A DNA stretch of 64,000 nucleotides from an uncultured Acidobacteriota bacterium (GCA_963770895.1 CAVYRF010000002.1:1152001-1216000), one strand, 5' to 3'. Numbered from the stretch's first letter, positions 44,976-57,065 are shown. Numbers and translations are program-made. The notes: generated by a model not told the origin, from the sequence alone.

Positions 44976-46766
44976 TCAGGCGAACAGCCGCCCGGCGTGC
45001 ATCAGCAGGTGCTCGACGATCGGAGCGAGCGCCAGCACCGGCAGGAACGTCAGGGCGGAAACGATCAGGATGACGCCCAGCAGCAGCGTCACGAACAGCG
45101 GCGTGTGCACCGGGAAGGTCCCGGCCGAAGGCGGCACCGCCTTCTTGGTCGCCAGGTTGCCGGCGATCGCCAGCATCGGCACGATCATCAGGAAGCGCCC
45201 GACCAGCATGGCGGCGCCCAGGGTGAAGTTGTACCAGAGCGTATTGGTGGAAAGGCCGCCGAAGGCGGAGCCGTTGTTGCCGGTCACCGAGGTGAAGGCG
45301 TAGACGATCTCCGCCAAGCCGTGCGGGCCGCCGTTGCCGAGCGGCGCCGTGCCGTAAGGGGTGACGCTCGCCCACGCGGCCAGGACCAGGATCGACAGCG
45401 CGAAGATCAGCGCGTACAGCATCGCCATCTTCACGTCCTTGCCCTCGATCTTCTTGCCCAGGTATTCGGGCGTGCGGCCGACCATCAGGCCGGCGATGAA
45501 CACCGTCAGCACGATCATCACCAGCATCCCGTACATACCGGAGCCGACGCCGCCGAACACCACCTCGCCCAGCATGATGTTGAGCAGCGGCAGGGCGCCG
45601 CCCAGCGGCGTGAACGAATCGTGTTGCGCGTTGACCGCGCCGCAGGACGCATCGGTGGTGACGGTGGCGAAGAGCGCGCTGCCGAAGATGCCGAAGCGCA
45701 CCTCCTTGCCCTCCATGTTGCCGCCGGCCTGCTCGACGCCGCGCGCGTCGGACGGCGCCTGGCTGACGCCCTGGGCGGCAAACTGCGGGTTGCCGGCAGC
45801 CTCGAAGTGATGCACCACCGCGAACCCCGCGAGCATCAGCACGAGCATCGCCGCGAACACCGCCCAGCCGTGCTTCTGGCTGCCGGTCATGCGTCCCAGG
45901 GTGAAGGTGAGGCCGGCCGGGATGGCCAGGATGGCAAGCATTTCGATGAAGTTGGTGAGCGGCGTCGGGTTTTCGTACGGATGCGCCGAGTTGGCGCCGA
46001 AGAAGCCGCCGCCGTTGGTGCCCAGCTCCTTGATGATCTCCTGCGAGGCGACCGGCCCCTGGGCGATCACCTGCTCGGTGTGCGTTGCGACCGTGACCTT
46101 GCCGGCGGCGTCCTTGGATTCGACGCGCTGCGGTTCGAGCAGCTGCGCGTGGGTGTACGGACGCAGGTTCTGCACCACGCCTTGCGACACCAGGAGCAGG
46201 GCGCCGGCGAGCGACAGCGGCAGCAGGACATAAAGGCAACAACGGATCAGGTCGACCCAGAAGTTGCCCACCGTGCGCGCCTCGCGGCGCGCGACGCCGC
46301 GGATGAAAGCGATCGCCAGCGCGATGCCGGTCGCCGCCGAAGCGAAGTTGTGAAACGCCAAGCCGGCCATCTGCGTCAGATAGCTCATCGTCGTTTCGCC
46401 CGCATAGCTCTGCCAGTTGGTGTTGCTGACAAAGCTCGCGGCGGTGTTCCAGGCCAGGTCGGGAGCGACGCCCGGCAGGTGCTGCGGGTTCCAGGGCAGC
46501 CACGCCTGCAACCGCTGCATGGCGTACAGCGCCAGCATGCTGACGCCGGAAAACACCAGCATCGCGGCGCCGTAGTCGGTCCAGCGCTGCTCGGCCGTAT
46601 CGATGCGGCAGATCCGGTACAGCAGGCGCTCGCACCCGCCGAGCGCCGCGCTGGCCCAGGTGCGCTCGCCGGCGAAGACCCGCGTCATGTAGATCCCCAG
46701 GGGCGGCGTGATGGCGATCAACGCCACGACATAGATCGAGAGCTGCACGTAGGATATTGCGCTCAT
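44976..46766 (-). CDS. kdpA: K+-transporting ATPase subunit A
   Basis: NTNWQSY, GTNGGGF, SCGAVN, GNNGSAF. Confidence 0.97.
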   Translation of the reverse strand: MSAISYVQLSIYVVALIAITPPLGIYMTRVFAGERTWASAALGGCERLLYRICRIDTAEQRWTDYGAAMLVFSGVSMLALYAMQRLQAWLPWNPQHLPGVAPDLAWNTAASFVSNTNWQSYAGETTMSYLTQMAGLAFHNFASAATGIALAIAFIRGVARREARTVGNFWVDLIRCCLYVLLPLSLAGALLLVSQGVVQNLRPYTHAQLLEPQRVESKDAAGKVTVATHTEQVIAQGPVASQEIIKELGTNGGGFFGANSAHPYENPTPLTNFIEMLAILAIPAGLTFTLGRMTGSQKHGWAVFAAMLVLMLAGFAVVHHFEAAGNPQFAAQGVSQAPSDARGVEQAGGNMEGKEVRFGIFGSALFATVTTDASCGAVNAQHDSFTPLGGALPLLNIMLGEVVFGGVGSGMYGMLVMIVLTVFIAGLMVGRTPEYLGKKIEGKDVKMAMLYALIFALSILVLAAWASVTPYGTAPLGNGGPHGLAEIVYAFTSVTGNNGSAFGGLSTNTLWYNFTLGAAMLVGRFLMIVPMLAIAGNLATKKAVPPSAGTFPVHTPLFVTLLLGVILIVSALTFLPVLALAPIVEHLLMHAGRLFA

Positions 46767-46774
46767 GGCGACGA

Positions 46775-46864
46775 TCAGAACCTCTCGGGTTTCAGCAGCG
46801 CATAGGTGAGGTACACCAGGAGCGCGGCACAGACCAGACCGGACAGCAGGTATTCCCAATTCAT
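46775..46864 (-). CDS. kdpF: KdpF small subunit (29 aa)
   Basis: [29 protein letters not shown]. Confidence 0.9.
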   Translation of the reverse strand: MNWEYLLSGLVCAALLVYLTYALLKPERF

Positions 46865-46892
46865 GGCAGCGGCCTTTCCATGTTGCGCCCGG

Positions 46893-46976
46893 CTAGATGC
46901 GGTCGCAAAAGCGCACGTAGGCCAGGGCCACGGCGAAAAACAGGACGGTTGCGGCAACGGCGATCAGATCGATCAT
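46893..46976 (-). CDS. Second small hydrophobic kdp-associated peptide (27 aa)
   Basis: MIDLIAVAATVLFFAVALAYVRFCDRI; AAGGAG RBS; ATGA overlap with the kinase stop. Confidence 0.7.
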   Translation of the reverse strand: MIDLIAVAATVLFFAVALAYVRFCDRI

Positions 46977-48832
46977 GCCTGCTTGTCTCCTTGCGCGACG
47001 GCGGCGGCGCCGGCCGTGGCGGCTGCCGCCGGGACCAGGGTGAACCAGAACGTTGCGCCGGCGCCGGGCGCGCTTTCGACGCCGATGACGCCGCCGTGGG
47101 CGTGCACCACCTCCTGCGCTATCGCCAGGCCGAGGCCGGCGCCCTCGACGCTGCCGGGGACCTGGAAGAAGCGTTCGAACACACGCACCAGGTGCTCTTC
47201 GGCGATGCCGGCGCCGCTGTCGGTGACGGCGAAGCGCACCATGGCGTCGCGCGGCTCCGCCTTCACCACCACGGCGCCGCCGGCCGGGGTGTACTGCAAG
47301 GCGTTGGCGAGCAGGTTGCCCAGCACCAGCTGGGCGCGCACCGGGTCGGCCATGACCCGCGGCACGTCCGGCGCCAGCTCCAGGCTCACCTTCACCCCGC
47401 GGTCGGCAAACCGCGAGCGCAGCGGCGCCAGCGACAGCTCGATCAGGTCGCGCGGCGCGAGCGGCTCCAGGCTGAGGCTCTGGCTCCCCGACTCGTAGCG
47501 CGCGATCTCCAGCAGGTTCACCAGGATCTGGCGCAGCCGTTCGGCGTCGTCGCGCGCCGCCACCAGCAGCTCGGTCTGCTGCACGGTGAGCACGCCCAGG
47601 CGCTCCTCGAGCAGGATGTGCAGCGCCATCTGCAGCGAGGTCAGCGGCGTGCGCAGCTCGTGCGAGACGGTCGAAAGCAGGCCGCTCTTCATCTCGTCGA
47701 TGCGGCGCAGGTTGGTGATGTCGGACAGGATGACGGTGATGCCGGCCAGGCTGCCGCCGGCGCCGTGCACCGCCACCGCGTGCGGCAGGTAGAACCGCTC
47801 TTCGCCGTCGTGGAAGATCTGGCGCGCCGCCTCGTAGCCGCGGTCGGGCAGAACTCCCGAGCGCGCCGCCTCCTGCATCAGGTGCGGCAGCCAATCGTCG
47901 TGGCGCGCCGGCGCCGGTTCGCCCGGCCGCAGCCCAAGGATCGACACCGCGGTGCGGTTGGCCAGCTCCACCGTCAGCTCGGGCGAGAACACCGCCACCG
48001 CGTCCGGCAGGCTGTCGATCGCCAGCTGCGACGTCTGCTCGGCCCGGCGCAGGCGGTCGGTGTCGCTGCGGCGCAGCTCGCGCAGGTGCCCGGCCATGGC
48101 GTTGAAGGCGGTCGCCAGCTGGCCCATTTCGTCCCGCTTGTCGACCCGCAGCACCAGGTCCAGGTTGCCGCGCTCCACCTCGCGCACGTACGCCGTCAGC
48201 CGCGACAGCGGCAGCAGGATGGCCCGGCTGAGGAACCACACGCAGCCGATCGCCAGCGCCACCCCCAGCAGCAACAGCAGCACCATGCGGCGGATCGCCA
48301 GCGCCGCCAGCGCCCGCGAGTGGGCGTTGGCCAGCACGATCGCGTCCTGGTTCATCTGCTGCACCCCGTCGGCCGCCGCCTTGATCTGCTGGAACAGCGG
48401 CAGCAGGCGGTCGAAATAGAGGCCGCGCCGCAGGGCGAGCGGCCGCCCGCCGTCCAGCACCTGCGCCAGGATCGCCGGATACCCCGCGTACAGGTCGCGG
48501 ATGCGGAACGCCTCGGGGCCTTCGCCGGGCAGGGTGATGTTGCGCAGCTCCGCGTCCAGCGCCTTCTGGAAGCGCGGCATGTGCAGCGCCGCCAGCGCCT
48601 GGCCCTGCCGCGCGTCGCCCGCCAGGGCGAACAGCGCGCCGCTGTCGAGCCGCTCCAGCGCCTCCTTCATCTGCTGGCAGGCCACCACGCTGTCGTAGTT
48701 TTCGCGCAGGATCACGTCGATCGAGCCGCCCAGCCGCGACAGCCAGACCGTGCTCTGCAACCCCACCCAGACGAGCAGCAGCAGCAGGCCGCCGAACCCC
48801 AGCCCCAGCTTGGTCCGCAAACTAGCCTGCAT
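46973..48832 (-). CDS. Membrane sensor histidine kinase (four-helix sensor-HAMP-PAS-HisKA), KinB-like
   Basis: Two TMs; HAMP DEMGQLATAFNAM; H-box SHELRTPL; NLLANA, DSGAGI, GAGLGL. Confidence 0.92.
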   Translation of the reverse strand: MQASLRTKLGLGFGGLLLLLVWVGLQSTVWLSRLGGSIDVILRENYDSVVACQQMKEALERLDSGALFALAGDARQGQALAALHMPRFQKALDAELRNITLPGEGPEAFRIRDLYAGYPAILAQVLDGGRPLALRRGLYFDRLLPLFQQIKAAADGVQQMNQDAIVLANAHSRALAALAIRRMVLLLLLGVALAIGCVWFLSRAILLPLSRLTAYVREVERGNLDLVLRVDKRDEMGQLATAFNAMAGHLRELRRSDTDRLRRAEQTSQLAIDSLPDAVAVFSPELTVELANRTAVSILGLRPGEPAPARHDDWLPHLMQEAARSGVLPDRGYEAARQIFHDGEERFYLPHAVAVHGAGGSLAGITVILSDITNLRRIDEMKSGLLSTVSHELRTPLTSLQMALHILLEERLGVLTVQQTELLVAARDDAERLRQILVNLLEIARYESGSQSLSLEPLAPRDLIELSLAPLRSRFADRGVKVSLELAPDVPRVMADPVRAQLVLGNLLANALQYTPAGGAVVVKAEPRDAMVRFAVTDSGAGIAEEHLVRVFERFFQVPGSVEGAGLGLAIAQEVVHAHGGVIGVESAPGAGATFWFTLVPAAAATAGAAAVAQGDKQA

Positions 48833-48862
48833 GGCCCGTTGTCCGCATGGAGCTCCCTTCAC

Positions 48863-48878
48863 TGCAGGCGAGGTGCCA
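48863..48878 (-). promoter_or_regulatory. Sigma-54 -24/-12 promoter of the kinase-kdp operon
   Basis: Minus strand TGGCACCTCGCCTGCA (GG-N10-GC). Confidence 0.8.
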
Positions 48879-49044
48879 CACGGCGCCGCGGCCCCGGGCG
48901 GCGCCCCTCAGGTTCCAGGCGCGGGGCACCAATACACGGCAGCAAAAGGGGTTAAGCACCGGAGTTCAGGTTGCCGCGGCGGCGGCGGGCGAGCGGCGCC
49001 AAGGCCGCCGGACGCTCCCCGGCGGCCTGCGCACAGGCCCGATG

Positions 49045-49090
49045 ATTGCAAAATGCAATGCCCCGGAACGCCCGCTGTTGCAGGCTGCAC
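49045..49090. promoter_or_regulatory. Paired palindromic upstream activator sites
   Basis: ATTGCA-AAA-TGCAAT and TTGCA-GGC-TGCAC, 32 bp apart. Confidence 0.7.
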
Positions 49091-49105
49091 GGCAGCTGGG
49101 GCTGC

Positions 49106-50539
<1,434 letters not shown>

Positions 50540-50588
50540 CCGATCGCCTCTCCGCCCCGAACACCCGCCAGGAAGCCTGGCGCTGGCG

Positions 50589-51458
50589 CTAGCGTGCCAA
50601 CGGGCGCTCCGCGGCGCCTTCGATGTTGAGGGTCTTGGGGTCTTGCAGGAAGGCGACCACTTCGAAAGGGCCCTTCCAGGTGGGATCGATGGTCAGCTCC
50701 ACCTTGTCGGATTTCTCGGAGCCGGCGGTCTCCTTCAGGTTGAACGCCTTGACCAGCTGCCGCACCACGTGGTCGTCGTGCAGGGTCATCGAGGCGTTCT
50801 CGCCGCCCCGCACCGCGGTCGTCAGGTTGTTTTCGGTCAGCGCCACCCACACTTCCAAGCCGTGGGACACCGGCCGCAGCAGGCGGGCCGACACCACGAC
50901 GCGGGACTTGCCGCCGCCGGTGGCCGGCAGGGGCTTTTCGGGCGCCGAGACGGTCACCTCGCCGGCCGGCGGGTTGGCCAGCGCCGCGCTGATCAGGCTG
51001 GCGACTTCAGGCTCCTTCGAGCCGACGCATTCGGTGCGCCCGTTGACCACCAGCTGCGGCGTGTAGATGTTGTCGGAGCGGAAGAGCGTCTTGTCGTAGG
51101 CCACCTGACGCTTCGACCAGGCCGCCGACGAGAAGGGGTCGAACCAGCCCTGGTGGTTCCAGTAGTCGACGTGGAAGCCGAGCGGGATGACCTTGACGCC
51201 GCCCAGGTTCGGGTCCTGGCCGAGCTTGGCCAGCAGGTGGTCCGCCGGCGGGCAGCTGGCGCATCCCTGCGAGGTGAACATTTCGACGACGATCGGCCCG
51301 CCACCGCCGCCGGCGGGAGTTGCCGCGGCAGGCGCCGGAGCGGCGGCGCCCGCGGATTGCGCCGCTTTCGCCAGGCCCGGAACACCAATTGCGATGACAC
51401 CTGCGACCGTCGCTGCCATTCCGAGAATCATGAATCGTTTCGCCAGCATCAGGGACAT
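50589..51458 (-). CDS. DUF1223-type exported thioredoxin-fold protein
   Basis: Signal peptide; VVEMFTSQGCASCPPAD, HVDYWN, YTPQLVVNG. Confidence 0.85.
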   Translation of the reverse strand: MSLMLAKRFMILGMAATVAGVIAIGVPGLAKAAQSAGAAAPAPAAATPAGGGGGPIVVEMFTSQGCASCPPADHLLAKLGQDPNLGGVKVIPLGFHVDYWNHQGWFDPFSSAAWSKRQVAYDKTLFRSDNIYTPQLVVNGRTECVGSKEPEVASLISAALANPPAGEVTVSAPEKPLPATGGGKSRVVVSARLLRPVSHGLEVWVALTENNLTTAVRGGENASMTLHDDHVVRQLVKAFNLKETAGSEKSDKVELTIDPTWKGPFEVVAFLQDPKTLNIEGAAERPLAR

Positions 51459-51559
51459 CAGAACCTCCATTTGTGGCCGTCAGAGCGCCACCCTTGCTGG
51501 CATTATACGTCCGGTGCGGCGCGGCGGTTCTCGCCGCGCCGCAATCGCAACGACGGTAT

Positions 51560-53113
51560 TTAGAATTTCACCAGCACCGCGAAATTGAGCCGGCTTTCCG
51601 CAGTGCGCAGGTCCGGCGCCCAGCCCGCCACGGCCGACCCCGGAGCACCCTGGTTGCCACCCGGCGGCGTGATGCCGCCCGCCCCCACGAAGTAGGGGAC
51701 GCTGGCCACCCGGCGATCGAACTCGGCGCGGAAGGTGATGAACTGCTTGGGCATGTAGTCGAAGGTCGCCGACGCGTCCCAGGCGCGGAACTGCTGGCCG
51801 GGGTTCTCGGTGAAATAGGGCGTGCCCGAGGCAGCGGTCGCGCCGTTGATCTCCGGCAGCAGCACCAGGTAGCGGCCGGGGTTGTTGATCTCGCCGCCGC
51901 CCACGGTGAAGGCGTAGATGTCGTTGTGGAACCACAGGCGGTGGTAGATCATGAAGCCGATGAAATACTGCGACGGCTTGGCGGGTGTGCCGCCGGTGCA
52001 GCTGACGCCGCCGCCGTTCTCGCAGCCGGCGTCGAAGGTCACCGAGAACGCCGCCTTGTCGACGAGCCCCGTCGGATGATCGAAGTACTTGACCTGGATG
52101 CTGTTGTCGCTGTGCACACGGGTGCGGTCGGCAATGCCCAGGGTGTCGCGCCCCTCGTACTCGTTGGACAGCAGCTCGAACGAATCGTTGGGCCGCCACA
52201 GCACCTGCCAGCCGACGCCCGGCATCGAATTGAACATGCCGTACGACTGCCAGCCGTTGATCAGCCACAGCTCGATCTTCAGCTTGTCGGTGGGAAACGT
52301 CTGCAGGCGCAGACCTTCGAAGAACCACGGCGTGTTGGCGGAGACGTACGAAGGCTGATAGGCCCAGTTGTCGAAGTTGTAGTAGCTGAACAGACCCACG
52401 TACGACATGAAGATGCCGGCATCCAGGTTGATGCCGTTCCAGGTGTGCCAGTGGTAGCCGCCGTAGGCTTCCGAGATGTAGCGGTAGGCGTCGGCCAGGT
52501 CGCCCTGGCCGCGTGCGGGGCTGGCGTCATCGCGCGGCGTCAGCGTCGAATACATGCCGAATTGGGTCATCAGGCGGCCGCGCACGTCGTCGTAATGGAA
52601 ATCGCCGCCGATGCCCAGCTGCTGCACCTGCAACTCCATCGCGCGGCCGGTTTCGGCGGAACCGTCGATCGTGTGGTCCTTGGGGTGGTTGTAGTCGTAG
52701 ACGTAGTTGGCATCCAGGCGAAACTCGCCGGTGAATACCTTCGTATCGAGGATCGAGTCTTTGTTGCGGGCGTTGCCCGTCAACCACGTGAAGTCGCCAA
52801 AGGCAAAAGGCTCCGGCTTCGTCGCGGGTGCGGCCGCGGGTGCGGCGGCGCCGGCGGCGCTGCCCGCGGCCGCGGTGCCGTTGGCGGCGCCGGCGCCGGC
52901 ACCGCCGCTCGCCGGGGTGGCGCTGCCGGTGCCGCTGGAAGCGGTGGCGCCGGAGCCGCCGGTGGCGGCGGCCGCGGGATTGTCGGTGGCCGGCGCGTTG
53001 GTTGCCGGCGGCGGCGCCTGGGCACGAAGCGCCACGGCGCCCGGCAGCAGAAGGGCGAGCAAAACACCGGCGCCGCGACGCAGGCAGAGTTGGTGCACGA
53101 AACGGATCGACAT
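51560..53113 (-). CDS. Outer-membrane beta-barrel protein / putative porin
   Basis: Signal peptide; aromatic beta-strand pattern; terminal Phe (AVLVKF); GGAAAGGAG RBS before ATG 53113. Confidence 0.8.
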   Translation of the reverse strand: MSIRFVHQLCLRRGAGVLLALLLPGAVALRAQAPPPATNAPATDNPAAAATGGSGATASSGTGSATPASGGAGAGAANGTAAAGSAAGAAAPAAAPATKPEPFAFGDFTWLTGNARNKDSILDTKVFTGEFRLDANYVYDYNHPKDHTIDGSAETGRAMELQVQQLGIGGDFHYDDVRGRLMTQFGMYSTLTPRDDASPARGQGDLADAYRYISEAYGGYHWHTWNGINLDAGIFMSYVGLFSYYNFDNWAYQPSYVSANTPWFFEGLRLQTFPTDKLKIELWLINGWQSYGMFNSMPGVGWQVLWRPNDSFELLSNEYEGRDTLGIADRTRVHSDNSIQVKYFDHPTGLVDKAAFSVTFDAGCENGGGVSCTGGTPAKPSQYFIGFMIYHRLWFHNDIYAFTVGGGEINNPGRYLVLLPEINGATAASGTPYFTENPGQQFRAWDASATFDYMPKQFITFRAEFDRRVASVPYFVGAGGITPPGGNQGAPGSAVAGWAPDLRTAESRLNFAVLVKF

Positions 53114-53154
53114 GAACTGCTCCTTTCCCAATCGAAGCGTGCTCCGCCTGCCGG

Positions 53155-53170
53155 TGCAGACGGAGTGCCA
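53155..53170 (-). promoter_or_regulatory. Sigma-54 -24/-12 promoter of the porin gene
   Basis: Minus strand TGGCACTCCGTCTGCA (GG-N10-GC). Confidence 0.8.
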
Positions 53171-53301
53171 CGCCGACAGGCCGCCAGGGCAGCGCTCCAC
53201 ATCCGCTCCAAATGCACCCGTAAGCCGCTTTAGATCAGGTACTTGCCGGAAACCAGCCAGCGTCGGCGGGCGGCATCGCCGGCGCCGCTCGCCCGGCCCG
53301 G

Positions 53302-53349
53302 CATTGCATAACGCAATGTCAGCAACCGCCGTTTTATTGCAGACTGCAA
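53302..53349. promoter_or_regulatory. Paired palindromic upstream activator sites
   Basis: CATTGCA-TAA-CGCAATG and TTGCA-GAC-TGCAA, 33 bp apart; same design as 49045-49090. Confidence 0.7.
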
Positions 53350-53367
53350 ACTGCAGGGAGGCCCTGG

Positions 53368-54396
53368 ATGAGCGCAAGGACGACGGATCAAGCTGAAGGA
53401 AGCCACCTCGGGGACCCTCGCGGCAAACGGTCCGCCCGGCAGGCCGCGGCCTTGCGCCGCCTCGATCGCAGCGCACTGCTCGGCTTGTTGGCGGCGCTGG
53501 CGCTCACCCTGGCGCCGCTGCCGGTTGCCGGAGCGCCGGCAAGCGCAGACGCGCCAGGCGCCAATGCCACGCCGCTGGTCCTGAGCGAGGCCACCATCTT
53601 TCCCGCGCCCGATCAGGCGCCGATCCTGGGCGGCGACCTGGTGATCGCCGGCGGCAAGATCGTGGCGCTGGGCAAGCACGGCCAGGTGCCGCTGCCGGCC
53701 GGAGCGAAGACTTTGGATTGCAAGGGGCTCTCGGTGTTTGCCGGCTTCCAGAACAGCCATGTCCATTTGACCGAGCCAAGCTGGTGGGACGCCGACAAGC
53801 TGCCGCCGGCGACGCTCGCGGCGCACCTGCAAGCCATGCTCACCCGCTGGGGCTTCACCACGGTCGTGGACGCCGCATCCTTCCTGCCCAACCTGGCCGG
53901 CCTGGAGGTCGCCCTGGCCGCCCACGTCGACGTCCTGGCCCACGCCGTCGAAGACACCCGCGGCATGACCCCCGACCACCTCAAGCGCATGCGCGCCCAG
54001 GACATGGCCCTCATCCCCACCCTCAAGCTCTTCGCCGAAGACAGCCATCTCTACGAGATCCTGGACGAAGTGCGCGACTACCAGCGCGCGGGAGGGCAAC
54101 TCCTCTTCGGCACCGACGTCGGCTTTCTCGCCGACTACGACCCCACGACCGAATACACCCTGCTCGCCACCGCCGGCCTCAGCTGGCGCGAGATCCTGGC
54201 CACCCTCACCACCAGTCCAGCCGCCCGCTTCGGCGACTCCGCCCGCCGCGGCCGCATCGCCCCCGGCATGGACGCCGACCTGGCAGTCCTTGCCACCAGC
54301 CCCGTCTCCGACCCCCGCGCCTTCGCCAACATCCGCTACACCCTCCGCGCCGGAACCGTCATCTACCAGGCGCCGCCGGCTGGCAAGCAGCCTTAG
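53368..54396 (+). CDS. Amidohydrolase-family protein, apparently with an in-frame internal deletion
   Basis: AGFQNSHVH, GFTTVVD, VDVLAH, FGTDVG, GRIAPGMDADL; the central barrel segment appears to be missing. Confidence 0.7.
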   Translation: MSARTTDQAEGSHLGDPRGKRSARQAAALRRLDRSALLGLLAALALTLAPLPVAGAPASADAPGANATPLVLSEATIFPAPDQAPILGGDLVIAGGKIVALGKHGQVPLPAGAKTLDCKGLSVFAGFQNSHVHLTEPSWWDADKLPPATLAAHLQAMLTRWGFTTVVDAASFLPNLAGLEVALAAHVDVLAHAVEDTRGMTPDHLKRMRAQDMALIPTLKLFAEDSHLYEILDEVRDYQRAGGQLLFGTDVGFLADYDPTTEYTLLATAGLSWREILATLTTSPAARFGDSARRGRIAPGMDADLAVLATSPVSDPRAFANIRYTLRAGTVIYQAPPAGKQP

Positions 54397-56372
54397 GGCA
54401 GGCGCCGGAGGGTAAAGACTCCCCCGCCGGCCGTAGCGGCATAGAGCAGCGACGGGCTCGCGGCGTCGAACGCGAGATCGGTCACGACAACGTTCGGGGG
54501 CAGGCCTTCCGTCAGGGAGCTCCAGGTGGCGCCGCCGTCGTCGCTCACCGCCAACTGCGGCTGCCCGGCCGTCGGACCCACGGCTGCGTAGAGGGTGTTC
54601 GGCGCGCGAGGATCGACCCGCACCATGCTGAGGCCGCCGGCGGTCAGCAGCGGCTCCCAGGTCGAGCCGCCGTCGCTGCTGCGCTCGAGGCCCCCGACGC
54701 TAGCGGCGTACACCACATCGGCGTTCAGCGGGTCGACCGCCAGGCCGTGCTCCGCATAGGTGGAGATCAGACTCTCCCCGGTCCAGCTGACACCGCCGTC
54801 GTCGCTGCGGAAGAAGGTCGGCCCGGCGGGAGCGTGGGCGAGGAGGGACCCAGAAGCGTAGACACGCGCGGGGTTCGAGGGCGCCAGCGCGATGCTCGCC
54901 ACGGCGACGATGGAGCCGACACCGCTGATCGTCCAGGTTGCTCCGGCGTCGGCGCTCACGCAGACGCCGAACGCTGAGGGGCCGAAAGCTCCCACCAAGA
55001 CCTGCCCCTGGGAACCGACGGCGAGCGGACCGCCGCACGCCGCGGGTGCGCTCGTCACCTGACGCCATGGCACGGCGGGTCCGGAACCACGCTGGTACAG
55101 GCCCGACGCGCCGCTCGGCGTTCCGGCCGACGCGTAGAGCTCTCCGGACGCGGCGTCGCTTGCGAGCTCGCTGATGCTCAACCCGGGCGCCAGTCCGCCG
55201 TTGAGCAGTGCCCACCGGAAGCCCCCGGTGCGGGTGCGGAAGATGCCGGCGTAGGGATCGGCGACGGTGAGCATGCCGCTGGTTTCCGCGTCCGCCACCA
55301 CGGCGGCGATGGACGTGGCGTTGGGCCCGGGACCGGAGACGGCCCAGCGCGCACCGCTCGAAGTGCTGCGGAAGATGCCCACGCCCTCCCGCGGGAGAGC
55401 GCCATCGAGGTACAAGCCGCTGCCGGCAAGGAGGAGCGAGAGCGGGCGCCCCGCCTGGGCCAGCGCGCCGATCGCTTGCCCGGCCGTTCCCGTGCCGCCG
55501 GGATTCCAGCCATGCCCGCCGTTGGCGGTGCGGAACACACCGGCATCCTGAGTGCCCGCCCAGACGGCGCCCGCGGGGTCGGCAAGGAGCGCCAGCACGC
55601 CGCGCGAAGCCAGTCCGCGCACCGCCGCATGCCAGGTGAGCCCCAGGTCGGAGCTCACGAAGAGCGCCGCCGGCAGCGGCTTGACGAACGTCGGGTCGAC
55701 AAAGGCGCCGGCGTACAGAACGCCCTCACTGTCGATCGCCAGCGAAGTGATGTAGCCGGCGAGACCGCTGCTCGTCCGTGCCCAGTGCGCGCCGCCGTCC
55801 AGGCTCCGATAGACGCCGCTTTCGGCGCCCGCCCAGAGCAGCCCCGGCTTGCGGGGATCGACGAGAAGCGCATGCACCGTCGCGGGTATGGGCTGGTCCT
55901 TCAGGAGGCCTTCGTTGATCTCCGTCCAGGTCGTCCCGCCGTCGTCGCTCCGCCAGGCGCCGGCGAAAGTCCCGGCGGCGAAGAGCGGCGGGTTCGGCCC
56001 TGCACCACCGGCCAGCGCGCTCACCGAGCCGGGGGAGCCCGCCAGCAGCCGAAACTGCAGGCCGTGATCGTCGCTGCGGTAGACACCCCTGCTGCCACCG
56101 ACGTAGACGACCGCGCCGGTCGTGACGACATTCTGCAGCTGAGCATCCAGCAAGCCGTCGTTGCTGGCCGTCCAGGAAGCGCCCCCATCCGTCGAGCGAA
56201 AGAAGCCGCCCATCGCCGTGGCGTACGCAACGTTCGCCACGCTGCCGTCAAACGCCAGGCCGGTGACGAAGCCACCCACAGGACCAATGGATATCCACGG
56301 GTTGCTCGCCGCCCCGACCCGCCCGGCGGCAAGGAGAAACACGATCGTTGCGCGGACGCAAATTCGAGACAT
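54393..56372 (-). CDS. Secreted BNR/Asp-box beta-propeller repeat protein
   Basis: Many RSxDGGxxW repeats; signal peptide; AGGAGG RBS before ATG 56372. Confidence 0.85.
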   Translation of the reverse strand: MSRICVRATIVFLLAAGRVGAASNPWISIGPVGGFVTGLAFDGSVANVAYATAMGGFFRSTDGGASWTASNDGLLDAQLQNVVTTGAVVYVGGSRGVYRSDDHGLQFRLLAGSPGSVSALAGGAGPNPPLFAAGTFAGAWRSDDGGTTWTEINEGLLKDQPIPATVHALLVDPRKPGLLWAGAESGVYRSLDGGAHWARTSSGLAGYITSLAIDSEGVLYAGAFVDPTFVKPLPAALFVSSDLGLTWHAAVRGLASRGVLALLADPAGAVWAGTQDAGVFRTANGGHGWNPGGTGTAGQAIGALAQAGRPLSLLLAGSGLYLDGALPREGVGIFRSTSSGARWAVSGPGPNATSIAAVVADAETSGMLTVADPYAGIFRTRTGGFRWALLNGGLAPGLSISELASDAASGELYASAGTPSGASGLYQRGSGPAVPWRQVTSAPAACGGPLAVGSQGQVLVGAFGPSAFGVCVSADAGATWTISGVGSIVAVASIALAPSNPARVYASGSLLAHAPAGPTFFRSDDGGVSWTGESLISTYAEHGLAVDPLNADVVYAASVGGLERSSDGGSTWEPLLTAGGLSMVRVDPRAPNTLYAAVGPTAGQPQLAVSDDGGATWSSLTEGLPPNVVVTDLAFDAASPSLLYAATAGGGVFTLRRLP

Positions 56373-56494
56373 CGAGACACCTCCTGTTGAACACCTGCTC
56401 CCTTGTACGGCCGCAGCCGCCATTGCGTCGCCCACCGCCGCAGGTCCTACCCAACTCGCCGCCAGAACCTGCAATGCCGCAGGCGCCGCAACGC

Positions 56495-56965
56495 TCAAGG
56501 CCCGAAGGTGATCACGGCGAGCAGGATGACGATGGCGACGATCACCAGGTGCAGCGTGACGTGGAGCGTGTTCGGGCTGATGCCGTGACGCATGGGCAGG
56601 AAGGTGTGGGTGCGGCCGAACATCGTCTGGTAGCGTGCCGCGCGCACCGGGTCTGGGAGCAGCAGGTAGGGAATCCACCACGCCCGCAGCAGGCCGTAGA
56701 TCGCACTGCCGTAGGTGATCCATAGAAACCACAGCAGCCAGTGGGGCAGCGCCGGGCGACCTGCGTTGTGAACAGTGGCTATCAGGCCGATGGCGAAGGG
56801 CAGCGTGCTGAGCACGGTCACCAGGCCGAGCTTGCGGGTCGGGTCCGCCGATTGGACCGCCCGCACGTCGTTCAGCGACCCCAGGGGGATCCAGTCGTGC
56901 AGGGCGATGAACAGCACGACGAAGACTTGCAGTGCCACCAGCAGGTCAATCAGCGTGGACGCCAT
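56495..56965 (-). CDS. Hypothetical four-TM membrane protein
   Basis: LHDWIPLGSLND...PNTLH; hydrophobic helices; AGGAG RBS. Confidence 0.7.
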   Translation of the reverse strand: MASTLIDLLVALQVFVVLFIALHDWIPLGSLNDVRAVQSADPTRKLGLVTVLSTLPFAIGLIATVHNAGRPALPHWLLWFLWITYGSAIYGLLRAWWIPYLLLPDPVRAARYQTMFGRTHTFLPMRHGISPNTLHVTLHLVIVAIVILLAVITFGP

Positions 56966-57065
56966 TGCGGACTCCTGTCGGGCTTTTCCGGTTTACTGAC
57001 TCCCAGCATATCGCCGGCGCGGTCCCTCCCGGCCAGGGAATCCAGGCGGGGGTTGGGGCGCGGCC

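Noticed and set aside
42838-46635. 1265-aa ORF suggesting a KdpA-KdpB fusion
   Set aside because: The N-terminal extension is an off-frame read through kdpA; kdpA stops at 44976 and kdpB has its own start at 44961
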